A stretch of DNA of 62,438 nucleotides, counting the filler, from Choristocarpus tenellus KU-1152 (taxonomy: Eukaryota; Protista; Phaeophyceae): assembly GCA_964200185.2 (NCBI GenBank). It is 14 parts of 14 records of this genome, joined end to end, with 100 filler letters (N's around TTAATTAATTAA, not from the genome) between each part and the next. Parts side by side here need not be neighbours in the genome. Positions count along the whole stretch, not along the records: positions 1 to 3,113 come from CAXNAD020022232.1; positions 3,214 to 8,321 come from CAXNAD020011843.1; positions 8,422 to 12,319 come from CAXNAD020017272.1; 11 more parts are not named here. One strand, written 5' to 3'. The position numbers and the translations under genes are program-made. Under the pieces are notes generated by a model. It was given only the letters and a program-made list of their open reading frames with translations. It searched no databases and was not told the DNA's origin. Each line of letters starts with the position of its first letter. The first letter of the stretch is position 1. This document shows, piece by piece, positions 1 to 12,419 of the stretch.

Positions 1-84
1 CAGCTCATCCAGGAAGCTTTCCGCTTGCTTGCCGAGGCGCCCAAAACTTTCCACCGCAAAGGTGTTGAGGTTGGCACCACTATA
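1..84 (-). mobile_element. C-terminal fragment of a CRE/NeSL-type non-LTR retrotransposon ORF (restriction-like endonuclease end)
   Basis: Minus-strand translation YSGANLNTFAVESFGRLGKQAESFLDEL matches the 'pfavEs.GrlG..A..fl..la' motif at the end of REL-endonuclease LINE ORFs; truncated by the window edge. Confidence 0.6.
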
Positions 85-775
85 GTCCTTTACAAAAACA
101 TCAAAACGGTATACTGATATATGATAGTGAAAAAGCGGTATGACTACGTACAAACGCTTCACAACGTAATAGAAACCCGTTGTTGTGTTCAGGAAGGACT
201 CCGTTATATTACATCGACCTCATGGGAACTGAACTGAGATTTGTCCCAATCACTAAGAAGGTATGGACCGCTTCGCTTGCCTTTCCTCTGAGTTTATTTC
301 ACGGTATTGTGCCTAAGATTATGTACGGCTCAGTTGTAGAAGAATATGTGGACAGGGTTTTACTGTATAGTCTTGAATTTTGAAGGTATAGATGGGATGG
401 TACCCATACTGTAACAGTTCATCTCTTTGTCCCGGTGCAGTACCCAATGAATAATACAGTATTAGAAATATGGGAAGGGTGGAAGATAAATCGCCATTGA
501 CCTGCAGAAACCTTCTGTCGATACCATGTCATCTATAGATGTTTGCACCTTCTAGTGGCATTGTTTATCCCGCTTGCACTCCCTCGACCCTTTGACCAAA
601 TTTGACTCTCCCAGCTCGCCCACCCTTTCACCTACCTTAGTCGCCACTACTATAACTGGTTTAAGTTTAATTCAGGCGCAGGCGAGGAAGGGGAGAAGCT
701 GAAAGCACTCCTGTCCCCAAGTGCATTTTGTTGTAGCTTGAGTGTAGAGGTTCGTTATCAGGACAAGGGGGTACC

Positions 776-2439
776 ATGGAGGCACTGAAGGCGCTTCGGC
801 AATGGACGATGGGTGGGAAGAGAGCAGGGGAGGATGAGCAACACTATATTATCGGTGGCAAGCGCTTCCTTAAGAGCACGGTCACCGCATGGCGATCCAC
901 AACTAACAAAGAGGCGAGACTCTGTTCGAAGTGGCGACCTCACAAGGAATCCAAAATATGATGAAGTGGAACATATAGGGGTTCCTTTTATATGGGTGCT
1001 GGGGGGGATCATTCTCACAAGTTTTTGGCTTGAGTTGGCTGTGTGGTGAAACACGGAGTGAACGACAGGTTGACAGAAGTAGAACATTGTAGAGTCGAGC
1101 GATATACCTAAAAGAAGGGGCATACCAAACCCTCTCGGTACCAATGCCAGTCTCGGGAGTAACTCCTAATGAATAAAGTTGTATTTTCAATATAAGCTTT
1201 TGAAGCAAGCAGCGCTTATTGTTGTTCCTCCCAAAACTTGTCCCTTTCGACTAAAATTCGACTCCAACCGTAGGTTGTGCCATTCTATTGCCTCTTTTAT
1301 TTCATAGTGCTACTGCTTCTTTTACACCGCAATTGCATCTCTTTGTACTGTTTTACTTTGTCCTTTGCAGGCGATTCTCAATTGATGCATCTTTAGTTAC
1401 GCTTAGGAAGCGAATCTCTTAACACATTCGTAATCGACTTTTATGTGCACACACGACAGCGTAGAAGCAGTTCATGGACCGTATCTAATCTCGCTGTTAA
1501 ACCGTTTTGCAGGCAAATCCTAGTCCCCCTCTTTCACCTCAATTTATTAATTACCTGAATTTTCTTCCTTTTTGTTGTTGGCTTTTTGCTGTATCCAGTT
1601 CTACAACCTAGAGGCGTTGGTAGTCCTGTTAGAGTATGCAAATGAGTCCATGGCAGACTACATTGCTGCAGCTATCAGGGTTGGTGTGAAGTATATTGCA
1701 TCAATTGAGAGAGCTGAAGCACTTGCCTATCTCAGAGGGCAAACGTCTGGGGCCTCTCAGGTATGTGGTTCTCCGATAGATGTCTCAAATTGCTTCTGTG
1801 TACATGTTGGGAAGCTACTTCTGTGTTGGAAGATGTATGCTGGCCTCACTACTTGGAATGTTGAAGTTGTTTGTGAGTTTACTATGTAGTTACACATTTG
1901 TACATTAGTGTGTCTGCACATAAAATGCAAATGCATATTTCAGGCTATTAAGACATAGGTTTGTACATATATTGTTTTTCTTTTGCACATGCTGTCTCAC
2001 ATACTATCCACTACTTTGGCAGAGTTTTAAATGGAAATTGGACATATGACCCCCTTTCACAAAAAAGGAAGCACTCATGAACAAATACACAAATGGCACC
2101 TGCTCATTCACTCTGTTGATCTCTTACTGCTTGGAAGAAAAACCTCAATACTGCAGTGTGTGACTGCTGGCAGGTGCCTTAACATTTGAGATGCTAACCT
2201 TTGAATCAACCTAGCTGTAGGTGTAGTTACAGTGCATTCATCTTTTCTGTTTATAGGCAGCAACCTTGAGGCAAAATACATGAATGCCTCCCTGTGGGCA
2301 GGCAAACTTCATCTGGGAACACTAATGACACCCATGAGTATATCGCTTTATCATTTTTTTTTGCAGATACAAACAGGACCAGAAACTGAGGCAGACAGTT
2401 CTTCATACAAGCGCCCTCGCTCTGAGCTTGATCAAGGCG
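776..2439 (+). CDS. CDC73: CDC73/parafibromin (PAF1 complex), first three exons: 776-913, 1599-1760, 2367-2439; rest not on this contig
   Basis: Spliced product MEALKALRQWTMGGK...IIGGKRFLKSTVTAWRSTTNKE|FYNLEALVVLLEYANESMADYIAAA...IERAEALAYLRGQTSGASQ|IQTG resembles the parafibromin N-terminal domain (M..L..LRQ, YTL..L.FLL, R..LL.YL.G). Exon phases are consistent (0,0,1); acceptors have polypyrimidine+CAG; donors are GCGAGA, GTATGT, GTGAGA. Confidence 0.85.
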
Positions 2440-3037
2440 GTGAGAGAGTAATCTGTTTTTGTTTCCAGTATTATGTCTCTATTATGTCAACATAATTATA
2501 ACACAGTTTAAAACTTGGATCTTGATGCATTTTTTCATTCTGTTGACTGATGCCTCTAGATGAATGGACATTTGTGGGTTGTTTTCTTGTGCTGTTTTGT
2601 TGGACATTTAGACATTGCCTACTGTAAGGATGGAAGTGCCCTTACTATTGTCCACCCCCCCCTTCCCTCCTTGAGGCGTATATTTATGTTCTTGAAAATT
2701 TTCACTTGTTTTGTATGTACATCCTGTATACCATAGAGACCCCTGCTTGAAGGAATATGGTATGTGGTACATGCATATGAGGAACAGGCAGAGAAAACTT
2801 ATGATAGCAAAAATGCATCTGTCTGACGTGTTTTTAGTCTGGACCTTATGTTTTTGTTCACCTCTCTCAAATTAACATGCTGTTCATCTAGTAATATCCC
2901 AGTATTAAACCCTCATTGTTGTTTCTCCATCTGATGTGCTCTCACTTTTTTTAATTATTTTTTTCTTTTTCCACCAAATATTTGTCCAGTTAGCCTCTTT
3001 TTTCTTCTTTTCTCCTCGTTCAATTTGTCACCTCTTA

Positions 3038-3057
3038 CACACACACACACACACACA
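3038..3057. repeat. (AC)n microsatellite
   Basis: Direct observation. Confidence 0.9.
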
Positions 3058-3113
3058 TATATTTTTTCCGAAACTTATACGGGGATGTGTCAATGTGGGG
3101 GGGTGGGGGTGGG

Positions 3114-3213
3114 NNNNNNNNNNNNNNNNNNNNNNNNNNNNNNNNNNNNNNNNNNNNTTAATTAATTAANNNNNNNNNNNNNNNNNNNNNNNNNNNNNNN
3201 NNNNNNNNNNNNN
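3114..3213. other. Artificial contig-joining spacer N44-TTAATTAATTAA-N44, first of 13; others at 8322-8421, 12320-12419, 15160-15259, 19157-19256, 23112-23211, 26299-26398, 33358-33457, 38456-38555, 41498-41597, 46554-46653, 51534-51633, 59508-59607
   Basis: Identical 100-bp structure each time; the 12-mer gives stop codons in all six frames; flanking sequences are unrelated to each other. Confidence 0.98.
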
Positions 3214-6200
3214 GTTTGTGAGACAACTCTCTTTTGGAGGTATGTATATAGCTGAACATCAACTTATTGATCTATGTGAATGATCTTTTCCTATTCTTCT
3301 TCCCAATGTTCTAGATCAGATTGGAGTGCAGTCGATGGCATTTTCAGTTCGAAAGGAAATTCGGAGTCAAATTCGCCCACTGGCAATTTCCGAGAATAAT
3401 CCTTCAGAAGATGAAATGGTAAAAGCGGGGAATTAAGGCAGAACGGATATTTGACGATCTTTTGTTCAATCGTAGCGACCAGTACGCATTGTCCCAACCA
3501 ATCAAAATGCTACAAAATCTACGTCGTACAAAGATAAGACACCCCCTGCCTTAGGTAGCATGGCGAACGCTCGTGCTATGTTTGCAAAGCATGTCCGACC
3601 CTTTGTCTGCCCCAGTTGAAGCCCCGATAGGAGGACAGGAACTGGAACTACCCCAACACAGCAAGACATCCCTGCCGCGTGAGGTGCCAAGCCAGAATCC
3701 ACCACCACACCAAGAAGTGGTCAACAGTGTGCTGGTCCTCGCACCGATGCTCCAACCTATTTTGTCCCAATACCCCTTCCCACTGTCTGTGCTACGCTGA
3801 CAAATCAACCTGCTCCTGCTCCTGGGAAATATGGAACTACGTTCATTTCTAAGAGCAATGTATCCACACCCGTTCGACCAGCAACACCTGCCACCCAGTC
3901 TGTGCCCCGATCCACGTCCTCTATAGCCGAAGGCAGAACGAGCGATGCAGGTCGACACCATTCGGGTAAGGATTTGCCTTCACCATCTGCTTCCGAAGAT
4001 GAGGTTGTCGAGTGGCTCAAGACACATCGAGTTTGCTTCCATCACGCTTTTGGTCGCGATTGCTTCAAGTCTATTAGCCGCAAGTGTAGGTATACTCACG
4101 ATAACTCTATAGTGCCTAAAGGTTACTTTGCATATCTTTATAGAGACATTCAAAGTACTACCCCAGCTAATGAGTCGCGTACGATGGTAGCCTTGACAGA
4201 CTTCCATTTGCATTACCTTGCCGCGACACAGGACTTTGAGTTTCCGCCACTATTTGCAAGCAGCCCGACTGACTCTGAAGTACCCGAGTTGCCCTGAGGG
4301 TACGCCCTGGAGTCTTCAGCTCCAGAATTTAGAGACACTGTAGCCATGGGAAGCATGACCCCCACACCTACCTCGATAATATCCACTATGTCGACTGCCC
4401 TACGAACTAGTCAAGTATGGCTATCTGCACTGCTGTGGCACCCTCGCAAAGTCCGCTCGAGAATGCCTGTGCAGATACTCCTTGACACAGGTGCAGGAGG
4501 TGGGAACTGCATCTCATCTGCTTTTTGGCGTAGTACCACTCTCTGGGGAGGTAGCACAGGCCTACCACACCTTAACCAAACCGGTAAGGGAACGTTGCAT
4601 GCAGCAAACCCAAAAGAGTGCAAGATTCCACCTATGCAGGTATTAGGACCCTGCATACTGCCAATATTGTTTCCCCCAGACAATAGAGAGTCCGCAATGT
4701 GACATTCAGGGTAGTGGAGAAGGCTTACCTTACGGGATGGTTCTAGGAGCAGCATTTTGTGGGCAGAACAAGAGCATAATGTCATTTAGAGAAGGGAAAG
4801 GCTTTCGACCAGCTCCAAACTCAGCATGGATACCTTTTGTTCGAGCTGCGACACCCCAATCTCATTATAACAATACCCACCTGTCAACCCTAGGAGAGTG
4901 GCAAGCATCAATGACACCCACAATCCGACCATCCAAGTACCACAGACAACCCCTCAATAACCCCAGATCAGCTGGATGTAGAGAACCCCCCCCTGACACA
5001 CTCCTTAGATTCCAAGATGCACTAGTACCCTAACTGGTGAACATACACCACCAGAGAAAGAACATGCAACTTCTTTTGATGTAGACCCAGAAGCAGGTAC
5101 CCAAGAGACGGATCTAGAGGCAGGTATCGCCATGATAGACCTTACCCAAGACAAGGATCCTCTGACCCCATCATTGGAGATCCAGGTGTGGTACCCCTTC
5201 CGGTAGATGTAGCGTGGGAGGACGATGGGACTCTGCAATGGGAATTGCGTTTGTCAGAAGTAGAACATGTAGAAGGGCTTGTCAGCAAACTCTGCAAAGG
5301 TTTGTTAAGGGGGCACAACCACAATCCAGACAGTTGGTGATGATGGAACCCTTATCAAAGTGTAACCTGGAATTAGGGAATGCTGTAGGAGTTGCCAGAG
5401 GTGTACAATGGTGGAACCCAGGAAACCCCATTTATTGCAAGCTGGTAAATACGTGCAGCAAGCCCAGTAGTATCCAGGCAGGGCTGCCAGTAGCAAAGGT
5501 GATTGCTCTGAATACTCGGGATAGAGAAAGGTTGGTTGCATTATTTCAGTTACTAGCTCAACCCCCCAGAGACCCTCAAAAAGCACAGGTTCTTCTTACC
5601 ACGACTAGTCCCCAGATAAGGCATCCCCCAGAGGCAGACGAGACTCGTGACTGCCAGGTAGCAGAGGAGGAAGACACCTCTTCTGGTGAAACTGAGGGGA
5701 TCGGTCATCAATCGGTGAGCCTCAGTGATGTCAATATAGGACAGCTGACACCAGGGCAGAAGAAACAGTTGGTGGAATTGTAGGGAGAATTTAGGAGTTT
5801 AGGAGTATTCCCTGAAGATCCCAAACGAGTTCCCTCGTACTCTAGAGAGGAGTACTACATATACCACTATTAGACGAGAACTGCACACCCTATGCGGCGA
5901 AACAAAGGCGTTTTTCTCCTGAGGAAACACAGATGATTCAAGCAGAGGTTAAGCAGTTGCAGGAACGTGATATTATCAGACCCTGCACCTCAGCATGGGC
6001 AGCAGCAGTAGTAGCAGTACATGAGAAAGATGGGACCCCGAGGTTATGCACATATTATAGGGTGCTTAATGATCTGTCACGTAGTGATAGTGGAGGTCTC
6101 GGAGACATCGCCAGCATCTTTGATAAACTCAAGGGTTCTAGCTATTTTACTCCCATAGATCTAGCATCGGGATTCTTTCAACTAGAAATAGCAGAGGTAG

Positions 6201-8225
6201 ACAAACGTAAGACAGTCTTCCGCGATGCTCAATGGACAACTTTGGGAATAAAACAGGTGTGACTTCGGGTTGAAATTCTTACCTACAGTATTCTCTAGCT
6301 ACATGAGAGAGGCATTCGGAGATCTCAAAGGGGGAGGGTGTAGAAAACTGGCTAGACGATCTTTTTCGCTATAGCTCATCATTTGATGAGCACAGGACCA
6401 AACTGCGCCTTCTTCTCACCAGACTCAAGCAATACGGCCTGTCCGTGAACTTCCCCAAATCCTCGTGGTGCATGCCCTCATAAGAATTTGTAGGAATGAA
6501 GGTAGGTAGAGATGGAGCAGCTCCATCGAAAATGATAGCAGTAGCAAAACGTGACCCCCATCGTAGCTAAGAAGTTAGGCACGACAGGATACATGCGACA
6601 GTTTGTTCCGAACTATGGCCAAGTAGCTGCACTACTGACTGACATCCTCCGGAATAAAAGGTATGCTTCCGAAAGAGACAGGAAAAAAAGTACCCCTTGG
6701 GGACCATAGGAGCAGAACGCCTTTGAAGAAGTTAAGGTGCATCTGGTCTCTCCACTAATCCTAGTCTTTCCTGACTGGGATAAAATGTTCCTCCTTCAAA
6801 CAGATGCTAGTGAGGAAGGGGCTGGAGCAACCCTGACCCAGGTGCAAGATGATGACCAAGAACATGTCATAGCATATGCTAGCCATAGATGGTCTAAAAC
6901 AGACAGTAGGAGAGCACCCACTTAAAGGGAATGCATGACCATCTTGTGGGCTGTAGAACGCTTCCGCTCCTACATTTGGGGTAGGAAATTCACCCTAATC
7001 ACTTGCTGCTCTGCACTGACTTGACTCTTCAAAGGTCGTGAACTCAGCCCCAAGCTCCACAGGTAGACCTTCCGTCTTATGGACCACGATATGGAACTGA
7101 AGTGGCGAGCAGGCTCGAAGCTCCAACTACCGGATAGACTGTCACGACTCTCCTCACCAACAGGATCAGGTTTGGATATCGACGATTCTTTTCCTGACAA
7201 TCCGTCAGTAGCTTATGGAAAGAACTACGCTGGACCACGAGAACCTGTCTTAGATGGTGTATGTCTACAGGATCTCGGTACATCGCAGATTCAGAACTAG
7301 AGTGTACTGCCCCCTCACATAATGAACCGAGTCTAGATGTAGCACAAATGTTACTTCAGAAAACAGTGGATGCCGCACTCAAAGGAATACTGTCAGCTCT
7401 ACAAGATTGCCGCACGGGACCTGATAATCTAGACTTAGGCGTTCGAGGTTGGCTACAACTCAGTAGTTCCCAGGATCAAAGTATGCCAGTATGTAAACTC
7501 CCTCCCTCTGGTTGGATGACCCGAGATAGAACACCTAGTGTAGACCTGACGCACACCCCACAGCAACTCCCTCCCCCGCTTACCGCCTCTGACACTTTAT
7601 TGGGCAACCTTTAGAATCTACCCTCGAAGACAGGGTAGAAATAAAAGGGAAAGCAGGAGAAGAGAAGCCACCTTACAAGAAAAGGCGTATAAGTACATCA
7701 AGGCTAAAGAACAAGAAGGGTAGTGACAAATGGTTCGAATGAGTGAGGTGGTTCAACTGTTACAGGCGATATGTCTTGATGGCGGTNNNNNNNNNNCATT
7801 ATGACATTGAAGTTCTAGATTTGATATTTTTGTACTTCTTGATTATTTATTTATTATTTGGTCATTATGGTCTCCGATTGTGATAAGACATCGTTGATCA
7901 GTTCCTTTCTTATACATACGATGATATTGACGATAATTCAAGTGAGAGATCCAGCATACCTGACGACTTGTACATCAGAAGTCCTATACGTACATCAGTA
8001 TCATCTATAGGCCCGTAGATTGGAGCTATACATCCTGTGGAGGTAAGCTTTCTGGGGCGCCTGTAACAAAACACCATCCCACTCTCAAGAGAGCAATGGC
8101 TACTCTATCGTACGTGCCAGAGCTAGTGGAGAGGCAGAAAAAAGACCCCTTCTTGGACAATCGGCTCAGTTCTTCTGACCTAAAAAGACCCACACAAAGC
8201 TCACTCTTATCTGATGCCAAACTTT
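3214..8225 (+). mobile_element. Degenerate Ty3/Gypsy LTR retrotransposon internal region (gag-PR-RT-RNaseH-start of integrase region)
   Basis: Aspartic protease ILLDTGAGG (~4475-4500). RT motifs IIRPCTSAWAAAVV..KDGTPRLC.YYR.LN, IDLASGFFQ, and WLDD at ~6350. RNase H LILVFPDWDKMFLLQTDAS..GAGA.L.Q..VIAYAS (6737-6925) and PDRLSR. LVERQKKDPFL (~8125-8160) precedes the integrase Zn domain. Order is PR-RT-RH; many stops and frameshifts. Confidence 0.92.
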
Positions 8226-8321
8226 GAGTGAAAGCATCTTAGAGGGTACGAGTTTTGCCCTGTTTGTCTATTTGGGGCTTGACATCCCACGGGTTTTTAA
8301 TGACATACTACCTCCTCCAAA
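8226..8321 (+). mobile_element. MITE family A, partial copy inserted in the Gypsy element (cut by contig end)
   Basis: Begins with TIR GAGTGAAAG(C)ATCTTAGAGGGTA and matches the other copies internally. Confidence 0.85.
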
Positions 8322-9733
8322 NNNNNNNNNNNNNNNNNNNNNNNNNNNNNNNNNNNNNNNNNNNNTTAATTAATTAANNNNNNNNNNNNNNNNNNNNNNN
8401 NNNNNNNNNNNNNNNNNNNNNCCAGCATCAAATACTGTAGCTAGTTCGAGAAGGGGCATATATCCACATGTATTCTATGACATCTAGGTTAAGTCCTTAC
8501 ACCTGCTAGTTATAAACTGCTACCATCAACACTACCACCAAACATGAGTACCCTATTCTTGCCAAATGAACCCAGTCCCCTTCCCCTTTTGAGAAAAAGA
8601 GAAGCTCAGCAGAGACATTATCATAAGTGGTTGGTGACCAAGACCAATTTTTCATAATTGACTGTGGCTGCTTTGACCTCAGAGATATGCCAGCTGTCCA
8701 TGAAGTTTTTGCCCCATCCTTCACACATTTCTGTGCCACCTGTTGGAGCCTTCTGTGAACGAAACCCACTGATAAGCTGCAATGTTGAACGCCTTAAGGT
8801 GATCTTGGAGGTACCACCTCCAGTATTTTTATGTACCTTCCCTCTCCTCCTTTGGTTTCTCAGCTGTGAGTTCTCTGAGGACAAGGTTCTTGGGTAGGCG
8901 ATCATCATCCATCCTTCTTGACATGAAACCTGCAAATAGCATCCTCCTCTTCCTGATACTGGTGTCAATATACTCACTTCTAGTTCTCATAAGGGCTCCT
9001 CTGTACGAGATGGGGTGGTCTGTACGTTTCTTTTTTTAAGACCCAATGCCGTACAGTAAGAATTTGCAGTGTTGAGAATAGAGTTGGGTGTATTGGTCCT
9101 GTTTGAGTATCAACGTTATGCAGTCATACAGCAGAGCATCGAGCAACTTCGACTTTGAAAATCCGACTCTTTATCTTCACATGGTACACCTAGTACTTGG
9201 CCATAAAACTCTTTGCTGTACTACTTGAAGCACCTACGCCTTCTGGATACGAAGTTGGATCCCGGTGGTGATAACTGCATTATCACTTAGTGAACGTCGA
9301 AGATAGACAAAATTGGCAGTCTCCTGATATTGCTGTCCTTTCAACCTCAGTTTATATTCCCTGTGCTGACGTGTTGGGACCCTTGGAGCTGTTCAGCATT
9401 GTTCAAGTTTGGGTTAAGGTTTTAAATGTGTTCATCACGAATGATACTTGGTGTAGTTGTGGGAACTCCTCTCCCTAGTGGTGAAAATATTTAAATCAGA
9501 GTCCACATCGATTGTTTCACGATACTACTGATTTCTAGTGTTGATAGAATAATTAAGTATAATACTTGGAAGTACTATCATGTTAAAGGATACTATTACT
9601 CTAGTAGTAGTAGTAATCATAGTATACTGCTGCAATTTTGTTGTCATCTACAGAAAATGATCTGCATCCATGTGAATACCTGAAACGGTTTATTATTTTC
9701 ACTTTTCTTGATGTATTCAAATTAGTTGAAACC

Positions 9734-10450
9734 ATGCCTCCCCTCTGCGACGAGACTCTGGAGAAGGAGTGCGAGTACCTGGGACGCCTACAACGCTACA
9801 GGAAGCTCAACGCCGGCGCTTTGATCAGTCTCCCCTTTGTGTCTCACGAAGGACTCCAAACCAATTATGAGGGAAATCCGTCTGTTATCAATTGGGGTGA
9901 TGTGCAAAGTTTCCAACCAGGAACCTCTGCTGGGCGGCATATAGCATATAAACTGACAAATTTCGTCTGTACCCTCACGCCAGCAGTGTCTTACGAGAGA
10001 GTAGACCATTCAAGGTCGGGGTATCCAAGTGATGCTCCGCCAATGGTGGAGATTGACGATAAGATCGTCGATGAGGGTGGTATCCACGTCGCCCGGCTGA
10101 TTATCCCAAACGCGTCGTCGACTTCTATCCACAGTGCAGACAACTTTCATATGGGCATAATCCGGCAAGATCAGATAGCCGACACACTCAGTATAGCGCA
10201 TCAGCGAGCCCTTCCAACCGGACCATCAGGGAAAGAAGACAAGAGAAGCTCCAGGTCACGAATCTTCGAAAGTCGAGCAAGGAAATATACATAACGGCCA
10301 TAGGTTCATGGGAAAATGAAGAGAAAAGAGAACAGTTGTACTCCACGTGCAAGGTGCAGTGTACAACAAACAGGAAGGATTCGCTAATGGCGTATGTTTG
10401 GAGTTGCGAAATACTTACTGAACAACATAGTTGTCTGATGGGCATACTCT
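9734..10450 (+). pseudogene. Intronless ORF of unknown family (open 9734-10294, apparent frameshifted continuation); probably TE-derived
   Basis: 187 sense codons from ATG 9734; another frame continues (...ERRQEKLQVTNLRKSSKEIYITAIGSWENEEK...). No recognised domain. Confidence 0.3.
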
Positions 10451-11174
10451 GAACAACTTCTCGATTGATATTTTGCGAAACCAGGTATTATTTTTATGAT
10501 TGCCTTGCCGTGCGTAGTTCTTGAATATGCTATCGACCTTGACCTTCACATGAATAAGAGTAGATGGGATGTGTAAGGAAAAGTCGACCGTTATGAAGTC
10601 ATGGTAAGAGGAGGACACCTGAAGAGTTCTGCATGCTGGGGATGCCGAGGGGTCCGTAGAAGATAATAACGAGCAATTGGATGAGTTGTTCATTCAACTA
10701 CGACGGTCAAAAATGAATTTAACAGCAACCTCAAGTCGCATCGTCCTCAAGTGATGGGAGAAATGTTAAAATGCCATCATTCGATCCTGTGTCTATGGGG
10801 GATAAGAGTTTTAATTGCTACATAAAGCCCGACCCTATGCTGCTTCAGGTGACACCACCCCTACTTTATCAATAAAGATTAAGAATTAATGCATTCCAAA
10901 CGAGTCTTTCGCTCATCAAACTACAATCCTTGTGCCAATCCCCAACAATGCAAGTAGCTGAATTGTAGGAGAAGGTTAAACTCTTTAAAGTCTGATGCAT
11001 AGATAGATCATATCAACTCAACCAAACAAAGGCTACCCTTCACAATCGTACACAAGGAGAATAAGAGTGCGCATTACAAAAGTACAGCAGAAGATTGCGA
11101 CACACACCCACAATAAAGAATACCTATATAGGTATGGATGTTTCATGCCGGAGAGCACTCGGTTACACTCAAGT

Positions 11175-11432
11175 AAACGAAAGTATCTTAGATGGTACGA
11201 ATTTTGCCTTGTTTATCATTTGGGGCTTGGCTTCCCACCGTTTTTTTTATAACATTTTCCTACTCCAAAATGTTTCAGAGTAGGAAAAATGTATACTTTG
11301 GGAAAAGGTGTGTTCGGGGCAAGGATATTGACACTTCCTAACAAACACAATAGCCAAAATTACATCAAAATGGCAACATTGGATTTTGACCCCCAAACGG
11401 ACGCAGCTTTACCCTCTAAGATACTTTGACTC
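11175..11432 (+). mobile_element. MITE family A, full-length copy (~258 bp)
   Basis: Left end aaacGAAAGTATCTTAGAtGGTA, right end TACCCTCTAAGATACTTTGACTC; internal match to other copies. Confidence 0.88.
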
Positions 11433-12419
11433 AAATATATGTGTTACAAGTGCATGGTAGATGTGCGCAGACAGTCTCATCACTATTATTCTTACTTATG
11501 ATTCCCGCAAGTAGTAAGAGGTATCTCGCTCCGACCATTTCGAAATGAACACTTGCTCTGCGCTTCATTACCCAATTGCACACATGTGTATGTATTGGGA
11601 GCCCTTCTACACATGACCGAAATCTATCCAGTCCATTTCATTAATTTTCCAATGACAACAATTGCCTAATACCCTTGAGCATAATGCAATGCATAGTGAG
11701 TGGCCCTCTCATAAATTTGAACCGCCATAGTAGAATTGGTTGGAGGGAAGCATGTGTGTTGCCCACCAGCGTACAAATAGTATCACAAGGAATGAACAAG
11801 TTGCTTTTTTACTCCTATAGCTTGTCAAGTAAGTACTTCAACAACTTCTATATTCTCGAGGAGATTTTCAGACCTCAGCCGTAAGTGAAGTTGAAATAAT
11901 TTTGCAAAAAAAATAATTTGGAATGATTTTTCACCGTACTTGGTTTCCTAATATCCCAAACTATGACCAACTGTGCAAAATATATAGTTTCTCAAATGTT
12001 GTGCAACTCGGTAGCAGGCAGCCCCTATGCAATCCTTCCATAAAATCCCCCTGCTTAATATTATTTTCACTTTCGACTCTGTACTTCAACTGGAGCATTT
12101 GTTGCCTACGAATACCATTGCAATTACAGCAGCAGCAGCATGCACTCACTAATAATGATTTCCGCAAAAATCACTTCGGCAAGTAAGTACAGGCTTTCGG
12201 ACAATACAACATGTTGTAGTTTAATGCCATGATATTTTTTTGGTGGCGGAGGTAGTAATTCTAATCGACTAATAACAGGGGATCCTCAAAATGGGGGATG
12301 GCCCCGGACTATGAGGATGNNNNNNNNNNNNNNNNNNNNNNNNNNNNNNNNNNNNNNNNNNNNTTAATTAATTAANNNNNNNNNNNNNNNNNNNNNNNNN
12401 NNNNNNNNNNNNNNNNNNN

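Noticed and set aside
7200-7790. Possible DNA methyltransferase domain after the Gypsy RNase H
   Set aside because: No FxGxGG, PC or ENV motifs found in any frame.
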